A DNA stretch of 64,000 nt from an uncultured Clostridium sp. (GCF_963515715.1 NZ_CAUPZS010000013.1:4560-68559); one strand, 5' to 3'; positions 1-9,358 are shown, counted from the stretch's first letter. Translations and numbers: made by a program. The notes: generated by a model from the letters alone, not told the origin.

Positions 1-786
1 ACCGACAGAGCTTCCTCCTGAAATAAGGATTGCATCACATTCTCTTAATGCTTTTTCCATGGTGCTTTTAAGTAGTTCATAGTTATCTTTTATAACTCCA
101 TAACTTATCGACTCCCCTCCATCTGCCTTCACTGAAGCGTAAAGAAGATATGTGTTTATATCTCTAACCTCTCCTAGCTTTGGCTCCTCGTGAGGGTGTA
201 CAATTTCATCTCCAGTGGATATTATGGCAATTTTAGGCTTTCTATATACTGAAACTTTCATATATCCAAGGCTTGAAAGTACCCCTATTTCATAGGGTCT
301 CAATTTAGCTCCTGCCTTAATAATAATCTCACCTTTTAATATGTCTTCACCTTTTTTTACTACATTCTGTCCTTGTGCTACAGAAGTATTAGCAAGTATT
401 GTGTCATGATCTAGTTTATCTGTATACTCTATCATAACCATACTATCTGCTCCTTTAGGAAGCATCCCTCCTGTAGGAACATAGTAGCAATCTCCTGGGA
501 ATTCTAGTCCCCCTTCAGGCTCCTTTCCCATGTGAACCTCACCTTTTAGAGTTAACATGGAAGGCATAGATTCACTTGCACCGAATAAATCCTTGGAATA
601 AACTGCATATCCATCTACTGTAGATCTATTGAATCCAGGTACATCTATATTTGCTACTATATCTTCATAAAGTATCCTTCCTAAAGCTTCCTCTAATTCA
701 ACTGTTTCATAGTGAGTTTCTAAATTTATATTTTCTTCAATAATTTTTTTAGTCTGGTCAATTGATACTACATTAAATAAATCCAT
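1..786 (-). CDS. moeA: Molybdopterin molybdotransferase MoeA (5' part; runs off the window edge)
   Basis: Manual translation from ATG at 786: MDLFNVVSID...PGFNRSTVDGYAV...VPTGGMLPKGAD...IISTGDE...ISGGSSVG, typical MoeA motifs; not in the ORF track because it is truncated. Confidence 0.92.
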   Translation of the reverse strand, partial: MDLFNVVSIDQTKKIIEENINLETHYETVELEEALGRILYEDIVANIDVPGFNRSTVDGYAVYSKDLFGASESMPSMLTLKGEVHMGKEPEGGLEFPGDCYYVPTGGMLPKGADSMVMIEYTDKLDHDTILANTSVAQGQNVVKKGEDILKGEIIIKAGAKLRPYEIGVLSSLGYMKVSVYRKPKIAIISTGDEIVHPHEEPKLGEVRDINTYLLYASVKADGGESISYGVIKDNYELLKSTMEKALRECDAILISGGSSVG

Positions 787-798
787 AAAATTTTCTCC

Positions 799-1287
799 TT
801 ATCTTGCACATTCTCCATCCACACCTGTAAGAATATCAATTCCATGTGGCAATACAGGCATTATTACTTCTAAATTCTCTATGGAAGCCTTTGGGCTGCC
901 AGGAAGATTCACAATTAAAGTTTCTCCTCTTATGCCTGATATAGCTCTTGAAAGCATAGCTTTGGGAGTTATCTTTAAAGATTCCATCCTCATTGCTTCA
1001 CCGATTCCTGGTACATATCTTTCTATTATTGCCATTGTGGCCTCTGGGGTTACATCTCTTTTTGAAAAGCCTGTACCTCCATTAGTAAAGATTAGATTTA
1101 ATTTTAAATTATCGCACATATGTATAAGTTCTTCTTTAATCTTTTCTAAATCATCGGGTATAACTTTATAGTACTCTATGCTATAACCATCCTCTTTTAG
1201 CTTATGCTCAATAGCAGGACCTGTTAAATCTTCTCTTTCTCCCTTTGATCCCTTATCGCTAATAGTTAAAATCCCAGTTTTTATCAT
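799..1287 (-). CDS. mog: Molybdopterin adenylyltransferase (MogA/MoaB family)
   Basis: ILTISD, TNGGTGFSKRDVTPEAT, AMLSRAISGIRG, VNLPGSP motifs. Confidence 0.9.
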   Translation of the reverse strand: MIKTGILTISDKGSKGEREDLTGPAIEHKLKEDGYSIEYYKVIPDDLEKIKEELIHMCDNLKLNLIFTNGGTGFSKRDVTPEATMAIIERYVPGIGEAMRMESLKITPKAMLSRAISGIRGETLIVNLPGSPKASIENLEVIMPVLPHGIDILTGVDGECAR

Positions 1288-1300
1288 ATTATCACCTTCA

Positions 1301-1993
1301 CTATATATTTAATATTAGCTTAACTAATTTATTTTCTGGATTACTCAATACCTTTTCTTTTTTACCCATTTCAATAATACATCCCTTATCCATAAATATA
1401 ACAAAATCTGCAACTCTTTTAGCCTGTTGCAAATCATGAGTAATTATTATAATAGTTTTATCTTCATTTGAAATGTCTTTTAAAAGCTTCTCTGCTTTAA
1501 GAGTACTTTCTATATCCATACTAGCAGTAGGTTCATCAAAAAGAGTTAGCCCTGTCTCAAGAACCGCTGTTCTAAGCATAGCTACTTTTGCCCCTTCCCC
1601 TCCTGATAGCCTTTTTGCATTCTTATTTAATAAATGTTCAATCTCAAAATAAGGTAAATACTTATCTATTCTATTTTTTACAATTTCCTCTGAAAATCTT
1701 CTAAATTTCAATCCAAACTTTATATTATTAATAACAGAATCGTTAAAAAGATATGGTTTTTGACACATGATAGATATATTATTTTTAACCTTTTCAATCT
1801 GTAAATTATCATAGGTTATTTCTCCATCTGTTGGCTTAGTAAGCCCACCTACGCACTCTAATAAAGTTGTTTTGCCGCTGCCATTTAAGCCTATGATTGC
1901 ATAAATAGACCCTTTTTTAAATTCTATATTATCAATCTCTAAAACTTTTCTATCTCCATAATTTTTATAGAGATCTTTTATGTATATATCCAT
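1301..1993 (-). CDS. tupC: Tungstate ABC transporter ATP-binding subunit
   Basis: Walker A GLNGSGKT, LSGGE signature, FDEPT; operon with tupA/tupB. Confidence 0.8.
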   Translation of the reverse strand: MDIYIKDLYKNYGDRKVLEIDNIEFKKGSIYAIIGLNGSGKTTLLECVGGLTKPTDGEITYDNLQIEKVKNNISIMCQKPYLFNDSVINNIKFGLKFRRFSEEIVKNRIDKYLPYFEIEHLLNKNAKRLSGGEGAKVAMLRTAVLETGLTLFDEPTASMDIESTLKAEKLLKDISNEDKTIIIITHDLQQAKRVADFVIFMDKGCIIEMGKKEKVLSNPENKLVKLILNI

Positions 1994-2664
1994 TAATACT
2001 CCCTCCCTTGAAATCTATGAAGAATAGAATTCACAAGAAAGGAAATAAAAAGAAGTAGTAATCCTATAAAAACAGCTTCATTATAGTTGCCTTTATTTGT
2101 TTCAAGAGCTATATATGTAGTCATAACCCTTGTATATCCTCTTATATTTCCTCCAACCATCATTACTGCCCCAACTTCTGATATGGCTCTTCCAAATCCA
2201 GTAGTTATAGCAGTAAAAATATGCCCCTTGCTCTCTTTTATTACTGTAGTAAATGTATCGTATTTTCCAGCTCCTAAAGAGGTGCAAGTCTTTTTTATCT
2301 CCTCTGCGCTCTTAGAAACAGATGATACAATAAGCCCAAATACGATTGGGAAAACCAATAAACTCTGAGATATAATCATGGCCGTTGGAGTAAATAAAAT
2401 CTCAAGCTTTCCAAGTGGCCCTCTTCTAGAAAGGGTCATATATACTAAAAGTCCCATTAAAACAGGAGGAAGGCTCATAAGAGTATTTGTAACTCTCATA
2501 ATAGCCTTCTTCATTTTAAAATTATTTAAGGCAACAGGAATACCAAGGATACATGCTAAAATCGAAGCTATCCCTGTTGAAAATGTACTTATAAATAAAG
2601 ATAAGAAAACAACTTGTGATATTTCCCCAAAATTATTATATAAACTATTTATAATTTCCGTCAT
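1993..2664 (-). CDS. tupB: Tungstate ABC transporter permease
   Basis: LPPVLMGL..LSRRGPLG, FGRAISEVGAVMMVGGNI motifs of TupB. Confidence 0.88.
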   Translation of the reverse strand: MTEIINSLYNNFGEISQVVFLSLFISTFSTGIASILACILGIPVALNNFKMKKAIMRVTNTLMSLPPVLMGLLVYMTLSRRGPLGKLEILFTPTAMIISQSLLVFPIVFGLIVSSVSKSAEEIKKTCTSLGAGKYDTFTTVIKESKGHIFTAITTGFGRAISEVGAVMMVGGNIRGYTRVMTTYIALETNKGNYNEAVFIGLLLLFISFLVNSILHRFQGREY

Positions 2665-2674
2665 AATATCTCAC

Positions 2675-3541
2675 CTATTTTTTTGCATTAGGTATAAATA
2701 ATGATTCTCTATACTGGTCTTTTCCAAACTCACCTATAAGATTCTGTCCCTTTTCCGAAGTTATCCATTTGATAAATTCATTTGCTTCATCTTTTTTAAC
2801 GTGAGCATGTTTCTCAGTATTTACTGCTATTACACCATATTGGTTGTATAGCTTATCATTCTTCTCAGTAACGATTTGAAGTTGAAGCTTGTCTTTCATT
2901 GAAAGATATGTAGCTCTGTCAGTTAAAGTATATGCCTTTTTTTCGTCAGCCATTTGAAGCACCGCACCCATACCTTTTCCAGCTGAAATATACCAATCTC
3001 CTTTTGGTTCTATTTCACTTGCTTTCCATAGGTCTTTTTCTTTTACATGAGTTCCTGATTCGTCTCCTCTTGAAATAAAGTTTGCTTTATTTTCTTCTAT
3101 GGTTTTTAATGCTTTAGCAGGATCTGTTGGTGCTTTTTCTTTTATTTTTGCAGGGTCTTCTTTTGGCCCAACCATTACAAAGTCATTATACATAACTTCA
3201 ATTCTTTCCACGCCAAAACCTTCTTTTACAAATTGTTCTTCTTTAGCTTTAGCATGTACTAATAGACAATCTGCATCTCCTCTTTTCCCTGTTTCAATAG
3301 CTTGTCCAGTTCCTTGAGACACAACTTTTACATCTATTCCTGTATCTTTTTTAAATTCAGGTAAGATAGATTTTAGTAACCCTGAATCTTCTGTACTTGT
3401 GGTAGTTGCTAGAGTCATAACTCTCTCTTTTGTTTCTTTTCCTGCACTGCCATTGTCTGCAGGTTTTGAGTTATTTCCTGCTCCACATGCTGATAAAAAC
3501 AAAGCGGCAGCTACAGAAAAAACTAATAGTCTTTTTTTCAT
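2675..3541 (-). CDS. tupA: Tungstate-binding lipoprotein
   Basis: Lipobox LSAC; tungstate-selective ATTTS(TEDSGLL) motif; SRGDESGTH. Confidence 0.9.
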   Translation of the reverse strand: MKKRLLVFSVAAALFLSACGAGNNSKPADNGSAGKETKERVMTLATTTSTEDSGLLKSILPEFKKDTGIDVKVVSQGTGQAIETGKRGDADCLLVHAKAKEEQFVKEGFGVERIEVMYNDFVMVGPKEDPAKIKEKAPTDPAKALKTIEENKANFISRGDESGTHVKEKDLWKASEIEPKGDWYISAGKGMGAVLQMADEKKAYTLTDRATYLSMKDKLQLQIVTEKNDKLYNQYGVIAVNTEKHAHVKKDEANEFIKWITSEKGQNLIGEFGKDQYRESLFIPNAKK

Positions 3542-3585
3542 CTCTGTGAAACTCCTTTCGTAAATACAATAACAATTTTTATTTT

Positions 3586-3636
3586 TACTTACTTACTTTT
3601 TACTTACTTACTTACTCTCTACTTACTTTCTTACTT
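3586..3636. repeat. Imperfect (TACT)n / (AAGT)n tetranucleotide repeat in the tupA leader
   Basis: tacttacttactttttacttacttacttactctctacttactttcttact. Confidence 0.8.
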
Positions 3637-3654
3637 TTGGCTTGTATTTGCACG

Positions 3655-3685
3655 AAAGGAGAAGGCTAATATAGCTTTCTCCTTT
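3655..3685 (-). promoter_or_regulatory. Riboswitch expression-platform hairpin overlapping the 3' strand of P1
   Basis: Minus strand AAAGGAGAAAGCUA-UAU-UAGCCUUCUCCUUU; its 5' arm contains the GGAG that closes P1 of the Moco motif. Confidence 0.6.
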
Positions 3686-3772
3686 CCAACTGGGAGGCAC
3701 AATCGTTTCCAATAATATACCCTAACGGCTGCAGATCCATAGATTTCTCTTTAGGAAAAACAGCTCGGAGAA
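3678..3772 (-). ncRNA. Moco RNA motif riboswitch, P3-less (Tuco-type) variant
   Basis: Minus strand CUCCGAGCUG...CCUAA...UAUGG...CAGC CGUU AGGG...GGAAAC...UGCCUCCC AGU UGGAAAGGAG matches the Moco motif layout; lies upstream of tupABC-mog-moeA. Confidence 0.85.
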
Positions 3773-4227
3773 CTAATTAGTCTAACTCTTACCAATTAAT
3801 GTATTGTTTTTAACAAACATTTTTAACAATAATAAACAATCATTCCTTATTATTGTAATATTCATTAATTAAAAGAGATATTTTCTATTTATTTTGTTAA
3901 TATTATATCATCCATATTTGCCAATGTAAACCTTGTAATTACAAATGATTGAAATTTATTTTGAAAATTATTAATTATATTGTAAGTTATTAATAAACCT
4001 TTGAATATATATAAACTTTATGTTAATATATTTCTATATATTGATAATAATAAAACAATCTATTCAATATATAGAAATGAGCATAATTATTTATTCTCAT
4101 TTATTCTTTTACTTACTTACAATTACTTTCTACTTACTAATATTTTTTTACTTACAATATAATACAATCAGTTATTTTCTATTTATTTTCTATTCATCTC
4201 ATTACTGATACAAGGGAGGGTATCTTA

Positions 4228-4899
4228 ATGTCAGAACAAGAAAAAAATAGCTTTTTAGAGAAAATGACTACCAGAAGAGAATTCTTAAAATTAAGTGGTA
4301 AATCCTTAGCTGGAGTTGCCGTATCTTATTCAATTTTAAGTTTATTTGGCTGTTCTGGAAAACCTGATGAAGTTAGCGGTTGGCCTGTGGCTGCTGGACT
4401 AGTTATCGCAGATAGAAGTCGTTGTACAGGCTGTCAACGTTGTGAACTTATGTGTACTATGAACAACGATGGCAAAGCTCATCCTTATATAGGTAGAATT
4501 AAGGTAAGCAGAAACTATAACTACGGTCCACATGGTCCTAAAATTGCTTATTGGGACGATAATGGTGAATTCGGTAATCTTTTAATGACACCTGAAACCT
4601 GTCAACAATGTGGAAAGCCATACTGCGCAGAAGCCTGCCCAGTAAAAGCTATCAAACCAGATCCAAAAACAAAGGCTAGAGTTATCGACACAAAAGTCTG
4701 TGTTGGATGTGGTGCTTGTACCGAAGCATGTCCTTGGCATATACCAACTGTAGATCCTGAAAACAAAAAATCTACAAAATGTTTCTTATGTAATGGTGAT
4801 CCAAGCTGTGCTAAAAACTGTCCTACTGGCGCTATAAAATTAGTACCTTGGGAAAAGGTTCAAGCTACATTGAAACAAAATGGTTATAATTTTGGTTAA
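4228..4899 (+). CDS. ydhY: 4Fe-4S ferredoxin-like subunit (YdhY-like) with twin-arginine signal and lipobox
   Basis: TRREFLK Tat motif, LFGC lipobox, CxxCxxCxxxC-type cysteine clusters (CTGCQRCELMC, CQQCGKPYCAEACP, CVGCGACTEACP, CFLCNGDPSCAKNCP). Confidence 0.8.
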   Translation: MSEQEKNSFLEKMTTRREFLKLSGKSLAGVAVSYSILSLFGCSGKPDEVSGWPVAAGLVIADRSRCTGCQRCELMCTMNNDGKAHPYIGRIKVSRNYNYGPHGPKIAYWDDNGEFGNLLMTPETCQQCGKPYCAEACPVKAIKPDPKTKARVIDTKVCVGCGACTEACPWHIPTVDPENKKSTKCFLCNGDPSCAKNCPTGAIKLVPWEKVQATLKQNGYNFG

Positions 4900-4925
4900 A
4901 ACGACAAGGTTAGGAAGGTGATATT

Positions 4926-7028
4926 ATGGCAAAAGTAACGGGTTGGGCCGGTAAAATATTAAGAGTAAATTTATCAACTGGAAAAATTAGTACTGAAGAT
5001 ACTTTAAAATATAAAGATTTTGTTGGTGGTGCAGGAATTGGTTATAAGGTAATGTTTGATGAAGTTCCTGTTGGCACAAAACCTTTTGACGAAGCTAATA
5101 AAGTTATATTTGGTGCTGGACCATTAACTGGAACAGGTATACCATGTACATCAAGAACAAATATAACTTCTTTACTACCAACAAACCCATATTATGCAGT
5201 AGCAGAAGGCCATATGGGTGGAAACTTCGCAGCTGTAATGAAATATGCTGGATGGGATGCTGTTATTATTGAAGGTAAATCAAAAAGCCCTGTATATTTA
5301 TTAATTGAGGATGATAAAGTTTCAATTAAAGATGCATCATTTATATGGGGGCAAGGAATCTTCAACAGTAACGCTCAGCTTTCTGCAAGAGTTGGTAAGG
5401 AAGCATCACTAGCTCTTATTGGACAAGCAGGAGAAAATATGGTTCCTATGTCAGTAATCATGAATGGACGTTCCCACTCTGCTGGTGGCCAAGGCGGAAT
5501 TATGGGTTCTAAAAAACTGAAGGCCATAGCTATAAAAGGAACGGGCGCTGTTCATATAGCTGGTGATAAAAAAGAATGGTTAGAGCTTGACAAACTTAAC
5601 ATGTCTGTTATAGGTGCTAACAATAACCATGTAGTTCCAAGCACTCCTCAGCCATGGGCTGAATTTAATAACAAAGGAAGTAGATGGAATGCAAGCAAAG
5701 GACTAACTTGGGGAGGATCAGAATCAAAAGTTGATACTGGAGAATGTAATCCTAAGGATATGAACAGCATAGGATTCAGAAGCCACAAAGGTGTATTCGA
5801 CCTCGGTGCTGTAGCTGAAAAATATACTGTTAGAATGGGTGGATGTCAATCTTGTCCAATTAGATGTCATTCACAGCTTAAAATTCCACAGTTAGAAAAG
5901 AAATATGGCGTAACTCCATATGTTGCTAACACTTGTATGGGTTATTTCTCCCCTGGTGGAATTATGATAAAAGGTTTCTCTGAAGAGGGAGAAAAAGGCG
6001 AAGGTGCAATGATTGCAATGGGCTTAGGATCTGTTTTAGCTGACGATTACGGCGTATGGTGTAACTATGGACAAATAGGTAGAGACTTTAAATATGTTTA
6101 TGAAAAAGGCATATTGAAGAAAGTTCTTCCTAAAGAAGAATACGATAGCATGCCTTGGGATAAATTAGAAGCTAAGGATCCTGAATTCTTAAAGGAATTC
6201 TATAGAAGAATTGCTTATAAAGAAGGTGAATTCAGCCATATTGGTGATGGAAGTTACTGGATGGCTAAGAGATGGAATTTAGGAGACGAATATACTCACG
6301 CTAAAGAAGTTGGACTTTGGTCTCCATTAGGATTCCCAAAACATCACAGCAGTGAGAATAATGCTCAAGTTGGAGCTCTAACATCCTGTATGTTTAACAG
6401 AGATGCTATGGTACATACTCTAATTAACTATACTGGAAGTGGATTGCCGCTTGAAATTCAAAAGGCAAGAGCTAAAGAATTATTCGGTTCTGAGGACGCA
6501 TTAGATAATCCAGCTCATTACACAAAGATGAATCCTTATAAAGCTAAATTTACTAAATGGAGTATAGTACGTTCAATACTTCATAATTGCTTAACAGTAT
6601 GTAACTATGTGTGGCCAATGACATTCTCTCCATTAAAGGAAAGAAACTATAAAGGAGACACTAGCTTAGAAGCAAAATACTATAGTTTAGCAACTGGTCA
6701 TAAGTTGTCTGAAGAAGAACTTGACTTAGCTGGAGAAAGAATATTTACTTTATTCAGAGCTTTAACTGTTAAGAACATGAATACTATAGATATGCGTAAC
6801 AAGCACGATTTAATGTGTAACTGGATATTTGATATGGATAAGGACAAAGCTCCATTTACACCTGGTACTATAAAAATGGATAGAAAAGATATGCAAGATG
6901 CCCTAACTATGTTCTATAAAGAAATGGGTTGGGATGAAAAAACTGGTGCTCCTACAAAGGATACATTAGTTAAACTAGGACTAGCTGATGTTGCAGCAGA
7001 ACTTGAAAAGCTTAAATTGTTACCTTAA
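4926..7028 (+). CDS. ydhV: Aldehyde:ferredoxin oxidoreductase family protein (YdhV clade)
   Basis: GWAGKILRVNLS, GGAGIG, GHMGG, MGSKKLKAI, GCQSCPIRC, DDYGVW; 700 aa; no signal peptide of its own. Confidence 0.9.
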   Translation: MAKVTGWAGKILRVNLSTGKISTEDTLKYKDFVGGAGIGYKVMFDEVPVGTKPFDEANKVIFGAGPLTGTGIPCTSRTNITSLLPTNPYYAVAEGHMGGNFAAVMKYAGWDAVIIEGKSKSPVYLLIEDDKVSIKDASFIWGQGIFNSNAQLSARVGKEASLALIGQAGENMVPMSVIMNGRSHSAGGQGGIMGSKKLKAIAIKGTGAVHIAGDKKEWLELDKLNMSVIGANNNHVVPSTPQPWAEFNNKGSRWNASKGLTWGGSESKVDTGECNPKDMNSIGFRSHKGVFDLGAVAEKYTVRMGGCQSCPIRCHSQLKIPQLEKKYGVTPYVANTCMGYFSPGGIMIKGFSEEGEKGEGAMIAMGLGSVLADDYGVWCNYGQIGRDFKYVYEKGILKKVLPKEEYDSMPWDKLEAKDPEFLKEFYRRIAYKEGEFSHIGDGSYWMAKRWNLGDEYTHAKEVGLWSPLGFPKHHSSENNAQVGALTSCMFNRDAMVHTLINYTGSGLPLEIQKARAKELFGSEDALDNPAHYTKMNPYKAKFTKWSIVRSILHNCLTVCNYVWPMTFSPLKERNYKGDTSLEAKYYSLATGHKLSEEELDLAGERIFTLFRALTVKNMNTIDMRNKHDLMCNWIFDMDKDKAPFTPGTIKMDRKDMQDALTMFYKEMGWDEKTGAPTKDTLVKLGLADVAAELEKLKLLP

Positions 7029-7050
7029 TATAATTTAAGTAACTTATCAT

Positions 7051-7083
7051 ATAGTGGAGGTTATTTAAATCTCCCTCCACTAT
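7051..7083 (+). terminator. Intergenic hairpin between ydhV and ydhW (terminator or stabiliser)
   Basis: ATAGTGGAGG...CCTCCACTAT followed by ACTTTT. Confidence 0.5.
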
Positions 7084-7108
7084 ACTTTTAGAAAGGGGTG
7101 TAGTTAAT

Positions 7109-7666
7109 TTGAATAAGGATAATAACATTGAAAAAGAGGAACTATTAGAAATTGTTAAACATATAAATACTTACTCTTCACAAGGTATTCTCATAAAGAA
7201 AGAAGACTTATTAGAAGAGCCCTTTTCTTTTACTGAAGAAAAAGCAGATAATACAATAGAGGAATTAAAAAATGCAGAAGAATATCCTCAAATTAAATTT
7301 ATAAAAGGTTCTGCTAATACTTATATATATTCATCAGAGAAAATGACAGATAACTATGCAATACTGGCTATGAGAATTGAAGATAAGGATATGGTAAGAA
7401 CTATTGTAGAAACCGTTCGTGATGAGTCTAAAACCTATCCTAGGCCGACAGATTCTCAACTGTTTTTAAATAGACCCTTTAATTTTAATAAAGAAGATTT
7501 TTCAAATGCGTTAAAGAGAATTTTTAATGATTCAAATTATACTGATATAAAGAAAACACAAGCATCCAATGGAGCAATTTATCTATATTCAGATAGATTT
7601 CTTCACAAAGACTCAGCTCAATCTTTAACAGAGTGGATTGAAGTCCTTCAGTTTCAGAATCCATAA
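7109..7666 (+). CDS. ydhW: YdhW-like oxidoreductase system protein
   Basis: VRDESKTYPRP and YLYSDRFL...SLTEWIEV..NP motifs; position directly after ydhV; TTG start with RBS. Confidence 0.7.
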   Translation: MNKDNNIEKEELLEIVKHINTYSSQGILIKKEDLLEEPFSFTEEKADNTIEELKNAEEYPQIKFIKGSANTYIYSSEKMTDNYAILAMRIEDKDMVRTIVETVRDESKTYPRPTDSQLFLNRPFNFNKEDFSNALKRIFNDSNYTDIKKTQASNGAIYLYSDRFLHKDSAQSLTEWIEVLQFQNP

Positions 7667-7685
7667 TATATGGAGGAAATATTCA

Positions 7686-8420
7686 ATGACAGAAATTTTA
7701 AAAACAAAAAAATTAAATGTATGTGAGGAGTCTGCTGTAGATTTAGTCTTGAACGGTAAAAAACTAGTTACCTTTATGTGCACCCCTGAAAATTTAAATG
7801 AACTTGCAATGGGACATTTATACAATAGAGGTCTAGTTAAGGCTATAGATGATGTTTACGTACTTTCTGCCTGTGATGAAATGAGAGAGATTTATGTAAC
7901 TACATCAGATAATTATAGTGAAGATGATTATAGTCTAGCAGGTGTTCTTGCAAGTGGTTGCGGAAGCGGTTCAGTATTTAAAGAAGAATTTTTAAATAGA
8001 GAGAAAAATTCCTCTGATTTAAAAATTTCTCTTAATGAATTAAAAGAACTCTCCATAGAGATGTTCTCTAATGCAACTAAATATAAAGAAACCGGCGGAA
8101 TGCATTGCGCTTCTCTAGTTTATGATGATAAACTTTTGGTTTTAAGAGAAGATGTAGGCAGGCATAATGCAATTGATAAAGTAATCGGTAAAGGTGTTTT
8201 TTTGGGGTTAAATTTAAATAATGCTATTCTTATGACTACAGGAAGAATATCTTCTGATATGATACTAAAGGCTATTGGAGCTGATATACCAATAGTAGTA
8301 TCAAGAAGTATCCCTAGTAGTTTAGCCTTAGAAATAGCTGAAAAATTAGGAATAACAGTGGTGGGTCGTATTGTTTCAAAGGAACCTATAGTATATACCC
8401 ACAGTAAAAGGATAATTTAA
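7686..8420 (+). CDS. fdhD: FdhD-family sulfurtransferase (probable start ATG 7686)
   Basis: MCTPENLNELAMG, SGCGSG, TGGMH, EDVGRHNAIDK, TGRISSDM; GGAGG RBS before 7686. Confidence 0.88.
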   Translation: MTEILKTKKLNVCEESAVDLVLNGKKLVTFMCTPENLNELAMGHLYNRGLVKAIDDVYVLSACDEMREIYVTTSDNYSEDDYSLAGVLASGCGSGSVFKEEFLNREKNSSDLKISLNELKELSIEMFSNATKYKETGGMHCASLVYDDKLLVLREDVGRHNAIDKVIGKGVFLGLNLNNAILMTTGRISSDMILKAIGADIPIVVSRSIPSSLALEIAEKLGITVVGRIVSKEPIVYTHSKRII

Positions 8421-8450
8421 TTTATTATTTAAATAAGAGGAGGTAAAATT

Positions 8451-8633
8451 ATGTTTGGTAGAATCGGAATGGGTGAATTAGTTTTAATACTAGCTATTGC
8501 CCTTATTATTTTTGGGCCATCAAAGTTGCCTGAGGTAGGTAAATCTTTAGGTAAAGCTATTAATGAATTTAAAAATCATGCTAATAAAATATCTGAGGAC
8601 GTAAAGGTAGACATTGATTCTGATAACAAGTAG
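8451..8633 (+). CDS. tatA: Twin-arginine translocase TatA
   Basis: [37 protein letters not shown]. Confidence 0.95.
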   Translation: MFGRIGMGELVLILAIALIIFGPSKLPEVGKSLGKAINEFKNHANKISEDVKVDIDSDNK

Positions 8634-8647
8634 AGGATGAAGTAATA

Positions 8648-9358
8648 GTGGACAACGATAAGCTAACATTAATAGATCATTTAGGAGAACTAAGAAAAAG
8701 AATTTTTATAATGATATTTGCTGTAGTAATAACCAGCGGTGTAAGTTATTACTTTGTTGAGGGATTGGTTAAGGAGTTAGTTAAGTATACTGATTACTTA
8801 GATTTTGTATATTTAACTCCTTCTGAACTTTTTCTTACCTGTGTTAAAATATCTGTAATCATGGGTATTGTATTATCATCCCCAATTTTATTGAGGCAAA
8901 TTTGGCTTTTTCTTAAACCAGGTTTAACTAAAAGAGAACGAAGATATATAACTGTGTCCTTATTTGGAGGGATATTATTCTTTGCAGCAGGGGTAGTATT
9001 CGCCTATTTCATGGTTATACCAATAACCATGAGATTTTTTACAGGCTTTAATTTAGATGGCATAACACCTACTATTTCCTTTAGAAGTTATGTAGATTTT
9101 ATATGCTCTCTACTTTTAGCCTTTGGTATTGTATTTGAAATGCCTATACTATCTATATTGTTAACTAGATTTGGCTTAATAAATTCAAAATTATTAACAA
9201 AAAATAGAAAAATTGTAATTTTAGTCATATTCATAGTAGCTGCTATTATAACTCCGCCTGATGTAATATCTCAATTGCTTCTAGCTATTCCAATGGTAAT
9301 ATTATTTGAAATAAGCATATGGTTATCTGCAATTGCAGGTAGAAAACGCAAAGAATAG
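8648..9358 (+). CDS. tatC: Twin-arginine translocase TatC
   Basis: LIDHLGELRKR, FLKPGL, FEMP, AAIITPPDVISQ; six TM segments. Confidence 0.95.
   Translation: MDNDKLTLIDHLGELRKRIFIMIFAVVITSGVSYYFVEGLVKELVKYTDYLDFVYLTPSELFLTCVKISVIMGIVLSSPILLRQIWLFLKPGLTKRERRYITVSLFGGILFFAAGVVFAYFMVIPITMRFFTGFNLDGITPTISFRSYVDFICSLLLAFGIVFEMPILSILLTRFGLINSKLLTKNRKIVILVIFIVAAIITPPDVISQLLLAIPMVILFEISIWLSAIAGRKRKE

Noticed and set aside
881..3317. Plus-strand ORFs 881-1171, 2087-2368, 2378-2701, 3099-3317 and minus-strand 2102-2287
   Set aside because: Antisense or alternate-frame shadows of mog/tupB/tupA with no motifs
3800..3995. Possible Rex/ModE-type operators (TTGTAATTACAA, repeated TTTTTAACAA) in the divergent promoter region
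   Set aside because: No full match to TTGTTAA-N4-TTAACAA or a ModE box; such palindromes are expected by chance in very AT-rich DNA
4020..4208. 62-aa ORF upstream of ydhY
   Set aside because: Low-complexity AT-rich promoter DNA, no RBS
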